This document shows positions 1-8,529 of a stretch of 52,194 bases of DNA, piece by piece. Within the stretch, counting starts at the first letter, position 1; every line of letters starts with the position of its first letter. The DNA comes from Clostridia bacterium (lineage in GTDB: Bacteria; Bacillota; Clostridia; Oscillospirales; RGIG8002). The position numbers and the translations under genes are program-made. Where the stretch lies: the NCBI GenBank assembly GCA_017616855.1, contig JAFZXI010000064.1, positions 1-52,194 on the forward strand, written 5' to 3'. A model generated the notes under the pieces. That model saw only the letters and a program-made list of their open reading frames with translations. It was not told where the DNA came from and did not search any database.

Positions 1-261
1 AAAGTCCCTCTGCCGGAATTGAATAAATAGCGTGGCAATACAAGTAACGGCGCTCCAAACGCGCGAGCGAAGCGCAGCGGCGTTTGGCAGCAACGCTCCG
101 GGGGAGCGTTGCGCAAGCAAGAAGAAAGTCCCTCTGCCGGAATTGAATAAATAGCGTGGCAATACAAGTAACGGCGCTCCAAACGCGCGAGCGAAGCGCA
201 GCGCGTTTGGCAGCAACGCTCCGGGGGAGCGTTGCGCAAGCAAGAAGAAAGTCCCTCTGCC
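1..261. repeat. Tandem ~124-bp palindromic (REP/MITE-like) repeat: 2 full units plus a 14-bp start of a third; may extend past the window edge
   Basis: Units start with AAAGTCCCTCTGCC at 1, 125 and 248; units 1 and 2 differ by a 1-nt indel; each contains hairpins CCAAACGCGC...GCGCGTTTGG (perfect in unit 2) and GCAACGCTCC-GGG-GGAGCGTTGC. Confidence 0.9.
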
Positions 262-312
262 CCGATGCTGTCAGATCTCTTTGACGTATAGGCGGTCGAC
301 GCCGTTTCACCA

Positions 313-1140
313 TCAATAATAATCGACGCGCCTGTTGTCATCGAATACCGGCGGATAGATATTCTTTTCCGGATCTATCCCTGCGAGGCGGCAGACGGCG
401 TCGTGGCAGCGTCTGACGAGGTCGAGCTCGCGCTCTTTCTTCGGCAGCGAATCGTCGGCGTATATCAGCTCGCCGACATTCAGCGTGACGCAGGCGATCT
501 GACGGAATATCTTTTTGCGTATGAACCCGGGTTCGCGATATGAAAACGCGAACGGCAGCACCGGCTTGCCGCACGTTACGGCGAAGTAGCCGAGCCCGCG
601 CTTGAAGGGGCGGATCGGCGCGTAGTATTCCCACATGCTGCCTTCGGCGTAGAGGTGGAGCCATCCGCCGTTTGCGATGTGTTCGCGCACGGTTTTCAAA
701 AACACGACGTATGCTTTCCGGTCGTTTTCGGGTATCGGTATGCCGCCGACGAGGCGCACGAGCGCTCCGCTGTCACCGGTCACGGTCGGACCCCATGAAA
801 GCATGTTTGTACGGAACGGACGCACGGCTTTCATCAGGAAGATATAGTCCCACATATGCACGTGGTTGGAGCATGAAATTACGCCTTTTTTCAGCGTTTC
901 CTTGTTCGCCTTTATGTAATCCCTGCCGCGTATGCGAAGCCCGAAGCGTATCGCCGCGAGCGGAAACACGATAAGCCGCATCATAAATCGGACCCAGAAC
1001 CGCTTGGAGCGGAAGGAACGCGAGTTGTCAATATACGGATAGTTGCTGTCGAATACCTCGCCGCTGTCTTTTTTGAAGGTCAGATAGTGCTTGTCGGTGT
1101 ATTCGGGATAGGGATAGCGGGTCGGTTTGGGGTCGAACAT
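313..1140 (-). CDS. 1-acyl-sn-glycerol-3-phosphate acyltransferase (PlsC/lysophospholipid acyltransferase family)
   Basis: NHVHMWD (NHx4D) catalytic motif, LYAEGS, PFKRG, PVLP blocks; GAGGTG RBS. Confidence 0.85.
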   Translation of the reverse strand: MFDPKPTRYPYPEYTDKHYLTFKKDSGEVFDSNYPYIDNSRSFRSKRFWVRFMMRLIVFPLAAIRFGLRIRGRDYIKANKETLKKGVISCSNHVHMWDYIFLMKAVRPFRTNMLSWGPTVTGDSGALVRLVGGIPIPENDRKAYVVFLKTVREHIANGGWLHLYAEGSMWEYYAPIRPFKRGLGYFAVTCGKPVLPFAFSYREPGFIRKKIFRQIACVTLNVGELIYADDSLPKKERELDLVRRCHDAVCRLAGIDPEKNIYPPVFDDNRRVDYY

Positions 1141-1184
1141 TCAATAACACCTCTGCCGGATCGATTTGTTGATTCATTACTCTT

Positions 1185-1212
1185 ATTATATATTTTTCGA
1201 CTTGTTTGTCAA
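1185..1212 (-). promoter_or_regulatory. SigA-type promoter for the acyltransferase
   Basis: Minus strand TTGACA-N16-TATAAT. Confidence 0.6.
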
Positions 1213-1241
1213 TAATTCTGCACGTTTTTGAGGAGGCGCGT

Positions 1242-1715
1242 ATGGACTGCGGATTCTTGAACGGAGACGAATGGTTCAGATACAGGGCTTGCGGTATCAT
1301 TGTCGAAGACGGTTGCGTGCTTTTCGTTTCGGACGACGGATTTGAATATATCTATTCCGTCGGCGGCGGAGTGCATCACGGCGAAACGTCCGCCGACGCT
1401 GCCGTCCGCGAGGTTTACGAAGAAACGGGAGTGCGGTATGAGATTGATCGTCTCGCCGTCGTCCACGAGAATTTCTGGAACGAAGACGACGGCGCCGGCG
1501 GAATCAGAAAATGCCACGAGCTTGCGTTTTATTACATGATGAAGCCGCGCGGAACGCGCGAGCTTCCCGGCGGCGAATCGAAGCATTGCTTCCACTGGAT
1601 ACCTATAGAAGAGCTCGGCAGTGTCAAGTCGTTCCCGACGTTTCTGAACGATTATTTCAAGCGCGGGCATTCCGGCATAGAACTTATCGTCGCGGACGAG
1701 AGAACGGAGGTCTGA
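1242..1715 (+). CDS. NUDIX hydrolase
   Basis: Nudix box GGGVHHGETSADAAVREVYEETG; start moved to ATG 1242 after AGGAGG. Confidence 0.9.
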   Translation: MDCGFLNGDEWFRYRACGIIVEDGCVLFVSDDGFEYIYSVGGGVHHGETSADAAVREVYEETGVRYEIDRLAVVHENFWNEDDGAGGIRKCHELAFYYMMKPRGTRELPGGESKHCFHWIPIEELGSVKSFPTFLNDYFKRGHSGIELIVADERTEV

Positions 1716-1716
1716 A

Positions 1717-2163
1717 ATGGATTATTCGCAGCTTGTTTCGCAACTCGACGCCGTGACCGACGGCGTGGAGAATAATATCTCGAACCTTGCCAACGCGGCG
1801 GCGCTGCTTTACCGCGGGCTTGAGGACGTCAGCTGGGCGGGCTTTTATATCGCCGACGGCAATACGCTCGCGCTCGGTCCGTTCCAGGGCAAAATCGCGT
1901 GCACAAGCATTGCGAAGGGGAGAGGCGTCTGCGGCGCGGCTTTCGAGACGGGCAAAACCGCAGTCGTCACGAACGTGCACGAGTTCGAAGGGCATATCGC
2001 CTGCGACGCGGAAAGTAATTCCGAGATCGTCGTTCCGCTTTTCAAGGGCGGCGAGGTCTTCGGCGTTATGGATATCGACAGCACGTCCTACGCGCGCTTC
2101 GACGATTGCGACAGGGAAGGCCTCGAGCGCTTCGCGCGTTTGCTGGAGTCGAGATTGATATGA
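1717..2163 (+). CDS. msrC: GAF-domain free methionine-R-sulfoxide reductase (fRMsr)
   Basis: WAGFY, LGPFQGKIAC, GVCG, HIACD, SEIVVP, DIDS motifs; adjacent to msrA. Confidence 0.85.
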   Translation: MDYSQLVSQLDAVTDGVENNISNLANAAALLYRGLEDVSWAGFYIADGNTLALGPFQGKIACTSIAKGRGVCGAAFETGKTAVVTNVHEFEGHIACDAESNSEIVVPLFKGGEVFGVMDIDSTSYARFDDCDREGLERFARLLESRLI

Positions 2164-2663
2164 AATACGCGTATTTTGCGGGCGGTTGCTTTTGGTGTAT
2201 AGCGGCGGTGTTCGACGCACTCAAGGACGTGACCGGCGTGGTCAGCGGTTTCAGCGGCGGCGGCGAGCCGAATCCGGAATATGAAGACGTCAAGGCGCAG
2301 CGGACGACGCATCGAGAGACAGTCAAAGTAATCTATGACGATGCCGTTGTAGATTATGAAACGCTGGTTTCCGTGCTTCTCGCGAACGTTGACCCTCACG
2401 ATCCGGACGGCCAGTTCATAGACCGCGGCAGGTCGTATTCGCTCGCGGTATACTACGAGACCCCGCAGGAAAAAGAAATCGCCGAGCGGCTTGTCGGCTC
2501 CCTCGAGCGCGAATCGGGGAAGCCCGTTTTCGTCGCGATCGAGCCGTTTTCGGTGTTTTACGCCGCGGACGAATACCACCAGGACTACCATAAAAAGCAC
2601 CCGTCGGAGTTCCGAAAAGAGCTTATTTCTTCGGGAAGGGCATCGGAAGATAAAACCGAATAA
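2160..2663 (+). CDS. msrA: Peptide-methionine (S)-S-oxide reductase
   Basis: FAGGCFWC, HRETVKV, GQFIDRG, ADEYHQDY; ATGA overlap with msrC stop. Confidence 0.92.
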   Translation: MKYAYFAGGCFWCIAAVFDALKDVTGVVSGFSGGGEPNPEYEDVKAQRTTHRETVKVIYDDAVVDYETLVSVLLANVDPHDPDGQFIDRGRSYSLAVYYETPQEKEIAERLVGSLERESGKPVFVAIEPFSVFYAADEYHQDYHKKHPSEFRKELISSGRASEDKTE

Positions 2664-2670
2664 CCGTTCG

Positions 2671-2700
2671 ACAGACCGTTTTTGCGCGGTCTGTTTTGTT
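2671..2700 (+). terminator. Intrinsic terminator after msrA
   Basis: ACAGACCG/CGGTCTGT stem followed by TTTGTT. Confidence 0.7.
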
Positions 2701-2723
2701 ATATATTAATATAAAATAATATC

Positions 2724-2752
2724 TTGTAAAATATAGAACTCTATGCTATAAT
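2724..2752 (+). promoter_or_regulatory. SigA promoter with extended -10, probably giving a leaderless tagA mRNA
   Basis: TTGTAA-N17-TATAAT with TGn; ATG 6 nt after the -10; no Shine-Dalgarno. Confidence 0.65.
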
Positions 2753-2758
2753 GGCAAT

Positions 2759-3502
2759 ATGGAAAAAGTATGTATTATGGGAATAGAATACGCGAACGCA
2801 GGACTCGGCGAGATTGCCGACGAATGCGTTTCCTATACCGCGTCGAGAGAAGCGAAGATGGTCGTTACGCCCAACGGTGAGATCGCGGAGCGCGCCTATA
2901 AAGACAGTGATTTCATGGCTGTCCTTGCTCAGGCCGACCTCGCGGTGCCTGACGGCGTAAGCGTCAAGCTCGCGGCTAAGCGCTGCGGCACTCCGATAAA
3001 GGAACGCGTGCCTGGAGTCGAACTCGCGCAGGAGCTTATCAAACGGCTTGACGCGAGCGGCGGCAGTTTGTTCCTTTTCGGCGGCGCGGAAGGCGTCGCG
3101 GAGGACGCCGCGAAGAATATTTCGGCTCAGCACCAGGGCGTCGTTATCGCGGGCAAACGCAACGGCTTTTTCGATGACGACTCCGGCATAATTGCGGAGA
3201 TAAACGCCGCTTCGCCGGACGTTCTCTTCGTTTGCCTCGGTTCGCCGAAGCAAGAAGAATGGATGGCGGCAAACCGCGCCGGACTTTCCTGCGGAGTGAT
3301 GCTCGGACTCGGAGGCACGCTCGACGTGCTAGCGGGCAGAGTGAAACGCGCTCCGGCGTTTTGGCGCAAGATCGGCTGCGAATGGCTCTATCGCACAATC
3401 AAGCAGCCGTCGCGCATCAAGCGCATAGTGAAAATACCCGTTTTCGTGCTTTCCGCTAAGCGGAGGACGAAAAAGCTCAATAAGCAAGAGGTGTCAAAAT
3501 GA
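2759..3502 (+). CDS. tagA: WecB/TagA/CpsF family glycosyltransferase (N-acetylmannosaminyltransferase-like)
   Basis: VVTPN, PDG, ERVPGVEL, LGSPKQE, GLGGTLD, EWLYR motifs. Confidence 0.9.
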   Translation: MEKVCIMGIEYANAGLGEIADECVSYTASREAKMVVTPNGEIAERAYKDSDFMAVLAQADLAVPDGVSVKLAAKRCGTPIKERVPGVELAQELIKRLDASGGSLFLFGGAEGVAEDAAKNISAQHQGVVIAGKRNGFFDDDSGIIAEINAASPDVLFVCLGSPKQEEWMAANRAGLSCGVMLGLGGTLDVLAGRVKRAPAFWRKIGCEWLYRTIKQPSRIKRIVKIPVFVLSAKRRTKKLNKQEVSK

Positions 3503-4170
3503 AAGGCAAACTGATAGTATTTGAGGGCATGGACGGCAGCGGTAAGGCGACGCAGAACAAGCGCCTTTACGATACGCTCGTTTCCGCCGGTTATAAGGTC
3601 AGACGCATCAGCTTTCCGGATTACGAAGCGCCTTCGAGCGCGCTGCTGCGCATGTATCTTAACGGCGCGTTCGGGGACAAGCCCGACAGCGTCAACGGCT
3701 ACGTGGCTTCCGCGTTCTTCGCGGTCGACCGCATAGCGTCGTATCTATCAAAGTGGCGCACCGCGCTCGACGACGGCGAGATAGTCCTTCTCGACAGATA
3801 CACGACCTCGAATATGGTGCATCAGACCTCGAAGCTTCCGAGGGAGCAATGGGACGAATACCTCGATTGGCTTTACGATTTTGAGTTCAACCGGCTCGGG
3901 CTTCCCGCACCGGATCTTACGCTTTACCTGCGCGTTTCCGCGGATATTTCCGAAAAGATGCTCGCTAAAAGATACGGAAACGACGAATCAAAAAAGGACA
4001 TTCACGAGAGAGACGAAGATTATCTCCGCAGATGCGAGGAGAGCGGAATGTACTCCGCCAAAAAGTTCGGCTGGAAGGTCATCGAGTGCGCCGAAAACGG
4101 CGAGCTCCGCCCGATAGACGAAATCGCGGAGGACGTTCTCAGAGAGGTTTCTGTGCTTCTTAATGCTTGA
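3499..4170 (+). CDS. tmk: Thymidylate kinase
   Basis: FEGMDGSGKAT P-loop, SFPDY, DRY, PDL, DIHE. Confidence 0.85.
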   Translation: MKGKLIVFEGMDGSGKATQNKRLYDTLVSAGYKVRRISFPDYEAPSSALLRMYLNGAFGDKPDSVNGYVASAFFAVDRIASYLSKWRTALDDGEIVLLDRYTTSNMVHQTSKLPREQWDEYLDWLYDFEFNRLGLPAPDLTLYLRVSADISEKMLAKRYGNDESKKDIHERDEDYLRRCEESGMYSAKKFGWKVIECAENGELRPIDEIAEDVLREVSVLLNA

Positions 4171-5026
4171 TTTCAAAGACGTTGAACTTAATGATAAAGC
4201 GCGTTTTGACGCAATAATAAACGCCTGCGACCCTGACGGCGGATTATACTGCGGAGCCGATTACAGCTTCGGCAATCTGTTTATCTGGCGTCACAGGTAT
4301 GCGACGCAGCTCGCGTTTGACGGCAATGCTTGCTTTATCTCGGAAAATGGCGGGGAATACGCCTATTTTCCGATTTGCGGCGACGCCGAACTGCCCGGCG
4401 CGATAGAAAAACTCGCCGGAAAGCGTCTTCTTTTCGTCACCGACGCGATGCTTGCGAAACTCGACGCGCTCGGCGTCAACTACGAATGCGAGCCGATGCC
4501 GGATTCTTTTGATTACGTTTATCGCTACGATGATCTCGCGGATCTGCCCGGGAAAAAGTATCATCAGAAGCGCAATCACATCGTTTTTTTTGAAACCGCT
4601 CACCCTGATTACGTATTCCAAGCTGTAACGCCGGAAAATATAGAAGAATGCAAAGAGTTTTCTTTCAAATGGGCAGAGCAGAGTCTGCACGGCATTGACG
4701 GCGAGGAGCGTTTGGCGCTCGATAACGCGCTCGGCAGCTTCTTTGAACTCGGCTTTGAAGGCGGTCTTATCCGCGCCGGCGCTGAGGTGGTCGCTATGTC
4801 GGCGGGCGAAAGACGCGGCTCGACTTTCGTCGTCCATATAGAAAAGGCGCTCGGTATTCGCGGGGCGTATCCGCTTATCAACCGCGAATTCGTGCGCAAC
4901 GTCTGCGCCGGGTGCCGTTTGATAAACCGCGAGGAAGACATGGGGCTCGCAGGGCTTGCAAAAGCTAAGAAATCCTATCACCCCGCCTTTATGATAAAGA
5001 AATACTCGGTGAGAATATGCAACTGA
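4163..5026 (+). CDS. DUF2156 / aminoacyl-phosphatidylglycerol synthase C-terminal-like protein
   Basis: DYSFGNL, DYVY..L..LPGKKYHQKRNH, VHIEKA, INREEDMG..GL.KAK.SYHP. Confidence 0.85.
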   Translation: MLDFKDVELNDKARFDAIINACDPDGGLYCGADYSFGNLFIWRHRYATQLAFDGNACFISENGGEYAYFPICGDAELPGAIEKLAGKRLLFVTDAMLAKLDALGVNYECEPMPDSFDYVYRYDDLADLPGKKYHQKRNHIVFFETAHPDYVFQAVTPENIEECKEFSFKWAEQSLHGIDGEERLALDNALGSFFELGFEGGLIRAGAEVVAMSAGERRGSTFVVHIEKALGIRGAYPLINREFVRNVCAGCRLINREEDMGLAGLAKAKKSYHPAFMIKKYSVRICN

Positions 5027-5817
5027 ACAGTGAAGCGCGCAATCTTGACAGTGATATTACGGCGCTTGTTTCTTATTGCTTCGGCATGAGCAGTGAAGAA
5101 AGCGCGCTTATGCTCGCGGACGCAGAGGAAAACGGCGCGCGTTTTGTGAACGTATCGGACGGAAAACCCGTTTCATCCCTGTTTTCTAAAGAATTGATGC
5201 TCCGTTCAGGCGGAGCGGCGCACAGGTGCATGTATATTTTCGGGCTTTGCACCGCGCCTGAGTTTCGCGGCAGAGGGCTCGCCTCCGGACTTATAGACGA
5301 AGCGTGCCGCCAAAGCGAAGCGGAGTTCGCGCTTTTGATACCCGAGAGGGAAGAACTGTACGGATTCTATGAAAAACTCGGGTTTCTCGCGAACGGCGCC
5401 GCAGCGGTATTTGATGTCGCCGCCGAGGGAACCGAAAACGTGAAACGATGCGAAAACGTCCAAAACGCCTATGCTGCGTACAGGAGCGCCGTGGCGGTTT
5501 GCGATAATATATGTCTGCTTTCCGAAAGCGACTTTTCGTTCAGTATGCGTGTCTGCGGCAACGAGTGTTTTGAAGGCGAAAAAAGTTTTTGCATCGTCGG
5601 CGACGGCAGTATTAAGGAGATCATCGCGCCGCGCGAACGTATCGAAGGATTTGCCGCATCGGTAATGAAACTTTGCGGAATCGGCTCCGCGAAAGCGCCC
5701 GCGCCCGTCGCGCTCGCGCCGGAAAACGCCGAAGTTGTAAAGCTTGGTATGATAAAGCGCTTGAAAGATACCGAGCCGCCGCAGAGCTTTTACGTCAATA
5801 ATCTTTACAATCTGTAA
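5017..5817 (+). CDS. GNAT N-acetyltransferase (Eis-like N-terminus)
   Basis: YIFGLCTAPEFRGRGLAS acetyl-CoA motif; FYEKLGF. Confidence 0.8.
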   Translation: MQLNSEARNLDSDITALVSYCFGMSSEESALMLADAEENGARFVNVSDGKPVSSLFSKELMLRSGGAAHRCMYIFGLCTAPEFRGRGLASGLIDEACRQSEAEFALLIPEREELYGFYEKLGFLANGAAAVFDVAAEGTENVKRCENVQNAYAAYRSAVAVCDNICLLSESDFSFSMRVCGNECFEGEKSFCIVGDGSIKEIIAPRERIEGFAASVMKLCGIGSAKAPAPVALAPENAEVVKLGMIKRLKDTEPPQSFYVNNLYNL

Positions 5818-5826
5818 GGAGGACTT

Positions 5827-6360
5827 ATGATTTACTTATTCCTTGCCGACGGCTTCGAGGAAATCGAAGCGCTCGGCTGTGTAGATATTCTTCGCCGCGC
5901 GGAGCTTGACGTTTCGACTGTCGGAGTTACGGGAAAGACTGTGACCGGCGCGCACGGCGTTAAAGTCGAAGCGGATATTCTCGTTTCCGAATGCTCCGAC
6001 GACGCCGAAATGGTTATCCTTCCCGGCGGAAGCACGGGCACGAACAACCTTGCCGCGAGCGAAGCCGTCGCGTCGCTCGTCAGGAGCGCCGCGCGCAGGA
6101 ACGCCTACGTTGCCGCGATTTGCGCCGCGCCCACTGTCCTCGGCGGACTCGGACTTCTCGAAGGTAAACGCGCGGTATGCTATCCCGGTCTTGAGGGACG
6201 CCTTACCGGCGCGAAACGCTGCGATAAGCGCGTATGCGTAGACGGCAATTATATCACAAGCAGAGGCCCCGGCACTACCGCCGAGTTTTCGCTCGCTATA
6301 GTCGAGATATTGAAGGACCGCGCCGCCGCGGAAAAGATAAGAAAGGGTATGCTTTGGTGA
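5827..6360 (+). CDS. DJ-1/PfpI (ThiJ/YajL) family protein
   Basis: GFEEIEA, LPGG, AICAAP nucleophile elbow, TSRGPGT. Confidence 0.9.
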   Translation: MIYLFLADGFEEIEALGCVDILRRAELDVSTVGVTGKTVTGAHGVKVEADILVSECSDDAEMVILPGGSTGTNNLAASEAVASLVRSAARRNAYVAAICAAPTVLGGLGLLEGKRAVCYPGLEGRLTGAKRCDKRVCVDGNYITSRGPGTTAEFSLAIVEILKDRAAAEKIRKGMLW

Positions 6361-6911
6361 AAACGAAACTGCGCCGTTCGCTTTCCGCCGCCCGCGACGC
6401 GATACCCGCGGCGGAGCGTTCCGCGCTGAGCGCGGAGCTTTGCTCGCTGATAAGCGCGATGCCGGAGTTTACCGCCGCTGAATGCTTGCTTATTTATTGC
6501 CCTATAGCGAGCGAGCCGGAGCTGCTTCCGTTAGCTGAAAAAGCGTATGCCGACGGTAAGTCGGTGGCGTTCCCGAAGATTGACGGCAGGAAACTCGTAT
6601 TTATCAAGGTGAATGATACATCTTCACTCAAGCCGGGCCGGTACGGGATACCCGAGCCGGACGACGGCGCCGGGGAGCGCGTTACAGTATTTGCGGATAC
6701 GCTCTGCGTCGTTCCGGCGCTCGCTGCGGACAAGCAGGGAAGCCGCCTCGGTTACGGCGGCGGATACTACGACAGATTTCTTAAAGATTACGACGGATTC
6801 TCGGTTTGCGGAGTTTTCCCGCAGCTTGTCCGTGAAGATCTGCCTCGCGAACCGCACGATGTTTCCGTAAACGCGTTGGCGATAGCCGGCGAAGGCGTTA
6901 TACGCTTCTGA
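6357..6911 (+). CDS. 5-formyltetrahydrofolate cyclo-ligase
   Basis: K..LR, GIPEP, VPALA.D..G.RLGYGGGYYDRFL, EPHD; GTG start at 6357 overlaps the upstream TGA. Confidence 0.9.
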   Translation: MKTKLRRSLSAARDAIPAAERSALSAELCSLISAMPEFTAAECLLIYCPIASEPELLPLAEKAYADGKSVAFPKIDGRKLVFIKVNDTSSLKPGRYGIPEPDDGAGERVTVFADTLCVVPALAADKQGSRLGYGGGYYDRFLKDYDGFSVCGVFPQLVREDLPREPHDVSVNALAIAGEGVIRF

Positions 6912-6917
6912 AAAGAC

Positions 6918-6942
6918 GGATACCGCCACGCGGGCGGTATCC
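6918..6942. terminator. Hairpin between convergent genes
   Basis: GGATACCGCC-N5-GGCGGTATCC perfect 10-bp stem. Confidence 0.65.
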
Positions 6943-6974
6943 TGAGTATATATCCTTTTGACGTCGTTGTGGTA

Positions 6975-7094
6975 TCAGCCGCAGGTGGAGCAACCGTTAT
7001 TGCAGCCGCAGCCGCCGAGACAGCCGCTGAGAAGCAGGATAAGGATTATCCACATAATACCGTTGCATCCGCAATCGTCCGTACATCTGCCCAT
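6975..7094 (-). CDS. 39-aa Cys/Gly-rich small hydrophobic protein (not in the ORF track)
   Basis: Translates MGRCTDDCGCNGIMWIILILLLSGCLGGCGCNNGCSTCG*; GAGGTG RBS upstream; hairpin downstream. Confidence 0.75.
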   Translation of the reverse strand: MGRCTDDCGCNGIMWIILILLLSGCLGGCGCNNGCSTCG

Positions 7095-7168
7095 TATTTT
7101 CACCTCACATTCTGGTGTTTGCTATATACTATGCGAAACGGCTTTATTGTGTTACAGGAGTTGAGATT

Positions 7169-8485
7169 ATGGATTTCAATCAGTCGGAGTTTGAGAAAAA
7201 CCTATTGAGAAAAGCCGGCGGCGATTCCGATGGTACTCCCGGCGAAAAGAAGATCGACATCGAGAGCATTCATATTAAGGATGCCGACGATGTGCCGATC
7301 AACACCTACGAAGGCGAAACGCCGCGCGACCGTGCGGCGAAGCTCGCCATGTGGGAAGCTCAGAAGGGCAAGAAGCCCGGCAAAACGACAGGCAAAGCCG
7401 CCGATAAGGAAAAGAAAAAGCGCCGTGTGCCAAAGGGCGTAATCTATATTTCCTGCGTTCTGGCGGTATCGCTGCTGCTTACGCTCGTGGCCTGGCTTGC
7501 GATCCGCGACTGTTTTGCGTTCCATAATAAAGTCAGCGAAGATATTCCGATCGTCGTTGAGGACGGCGAAGGTCTTTCCGCTATCACTACGAAGCTTTCC
7601 GACGCCGATATCATAGATTTCCCGCTCGCTTTCCGTATGTATTATTCACTTATTAAGAAGAATACGCAGGTGCAATACGGGACCCATTACTTTAAGAAAG
7701 GCGACGACTACGATACGATACTGCGCAAGCTCGCTCAGGCGACGGAAAGCAGAGAAACCGTCGAGTTCCTTATAACCGAGGGCAAAACGCAGGCGGACGT
7801 CATCAGGATTATCGCCAACGCCGGATATGCCAGCACCGGAGATTTGACGGAAGCGATAAACTTCGCCGATTATGAGGAGTTTAAGTTCCTCGAAAACCTG
7901 CCGGATCGCGCCGCGCGCCTTGAGGGCTATCTATTCCCGGCAAAGTATGAGATTTATGCGGGCGAAAGCGCGACATCAATCATTATCAGAATGCTTAAGA
8001 AATTCGATTCCGTTTTCGACGACGTCATGTACGACCGCGCTAAAGAGCTCGGTATGACTGTCGACGAGGTAATAACCCTCGCTTCGATAATACAGGCGGA
8101 AGCGGGAAGCGAGGACGAAATGCCCAACATTTCCTCTGTATTCCATAACCGCCTTAATAATCCCAGCTACGGCTATTTGCAGTCATGCTCAACAGTCCAG
8201 TATACCATGAGCGAGCGGAAAGCCGTATTGACGCGAGATGATATTTCAGTTGACAATAAGTATAATACATACAAGTATCCGGGTCTGCCCGTCGGCCCGA
8301 TATGCAATCCCGGACTTGCCGCAATAGAAGCTGCGCTTTATCCTGCCGAAACAGATTATTACTACTTTGTTTCCGACGGCCAGGGGCATAATGTATTCTC
8401 GCGTACGTATGCGGAGCATACAAAGGCGAAGAATGCGTACATTCAGGACGGCAAATTCATCAACGGAACGGACGTTGCGGATTGA
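7169..8485 (+). CDS. mltG: Endolytic transglycosylase MltG
   Basis: TM anchor, LEGYLFPAKY, LASIIQAE, VFHNRL, LQSC, YNTYKYPGLPVGPICNPG, YYYFVS; start at ATG 7169 after AGGAG. Confidence 0.92.
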   Translation: MDFNQSEFEKNLLRKAGGDSDGTPGEKKIDIESIHIKDADDVPINTYEGETPRDRAAKLAMWEAQKGKKPGKTTGKAADKEKKKRRVPKGVIYISCVLAVSLLLTLVAWLAIRDCFAFHNKVSEDIPIVVEDGEGLSAITTKLSDADIIDFPLAFRMYYSLIKKNTQVQYGTHYFKKGDDYDTILRKLAQATESRETVEFLITEGKTQADVIRIIANAGYASTGDLTEAINFADYEEFKFLENLPDRAARLEGYLFPAKYEIYAGESATSIIIRMLKKFDSVFDDVMYDRAKELGMTVDEVITLASIIQAEAGSEDEMPNISSVFHNRLNNPSYGYLQSCSTVQYTMSERKAVLTRDDISVDNKYNTYKYPGLPVGPICNPGLAAIEAALYPAETDYYYFVSDGQGHNVFSRTYAEHTKAKNAYIQDGKFINGTDVAD

Positions 8486-8529
8486 CGGTGATTTTCGGCA
8501 TACCGAGCGTTTGATTTTGGAGGAACTGT

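Noticed and set aside
1-261. CRISPR array
   Set aside because: The sequence between the 14-bp junction repeats is identical rather than variable, the unit is too long, and no cas genes are in the window
6958-7208. Plus-strand 68-aa and 79-aa ORFs before mltG
   Set aside because: No RBS; better explained as antisense shadows of the 39-aa minus-strand gene
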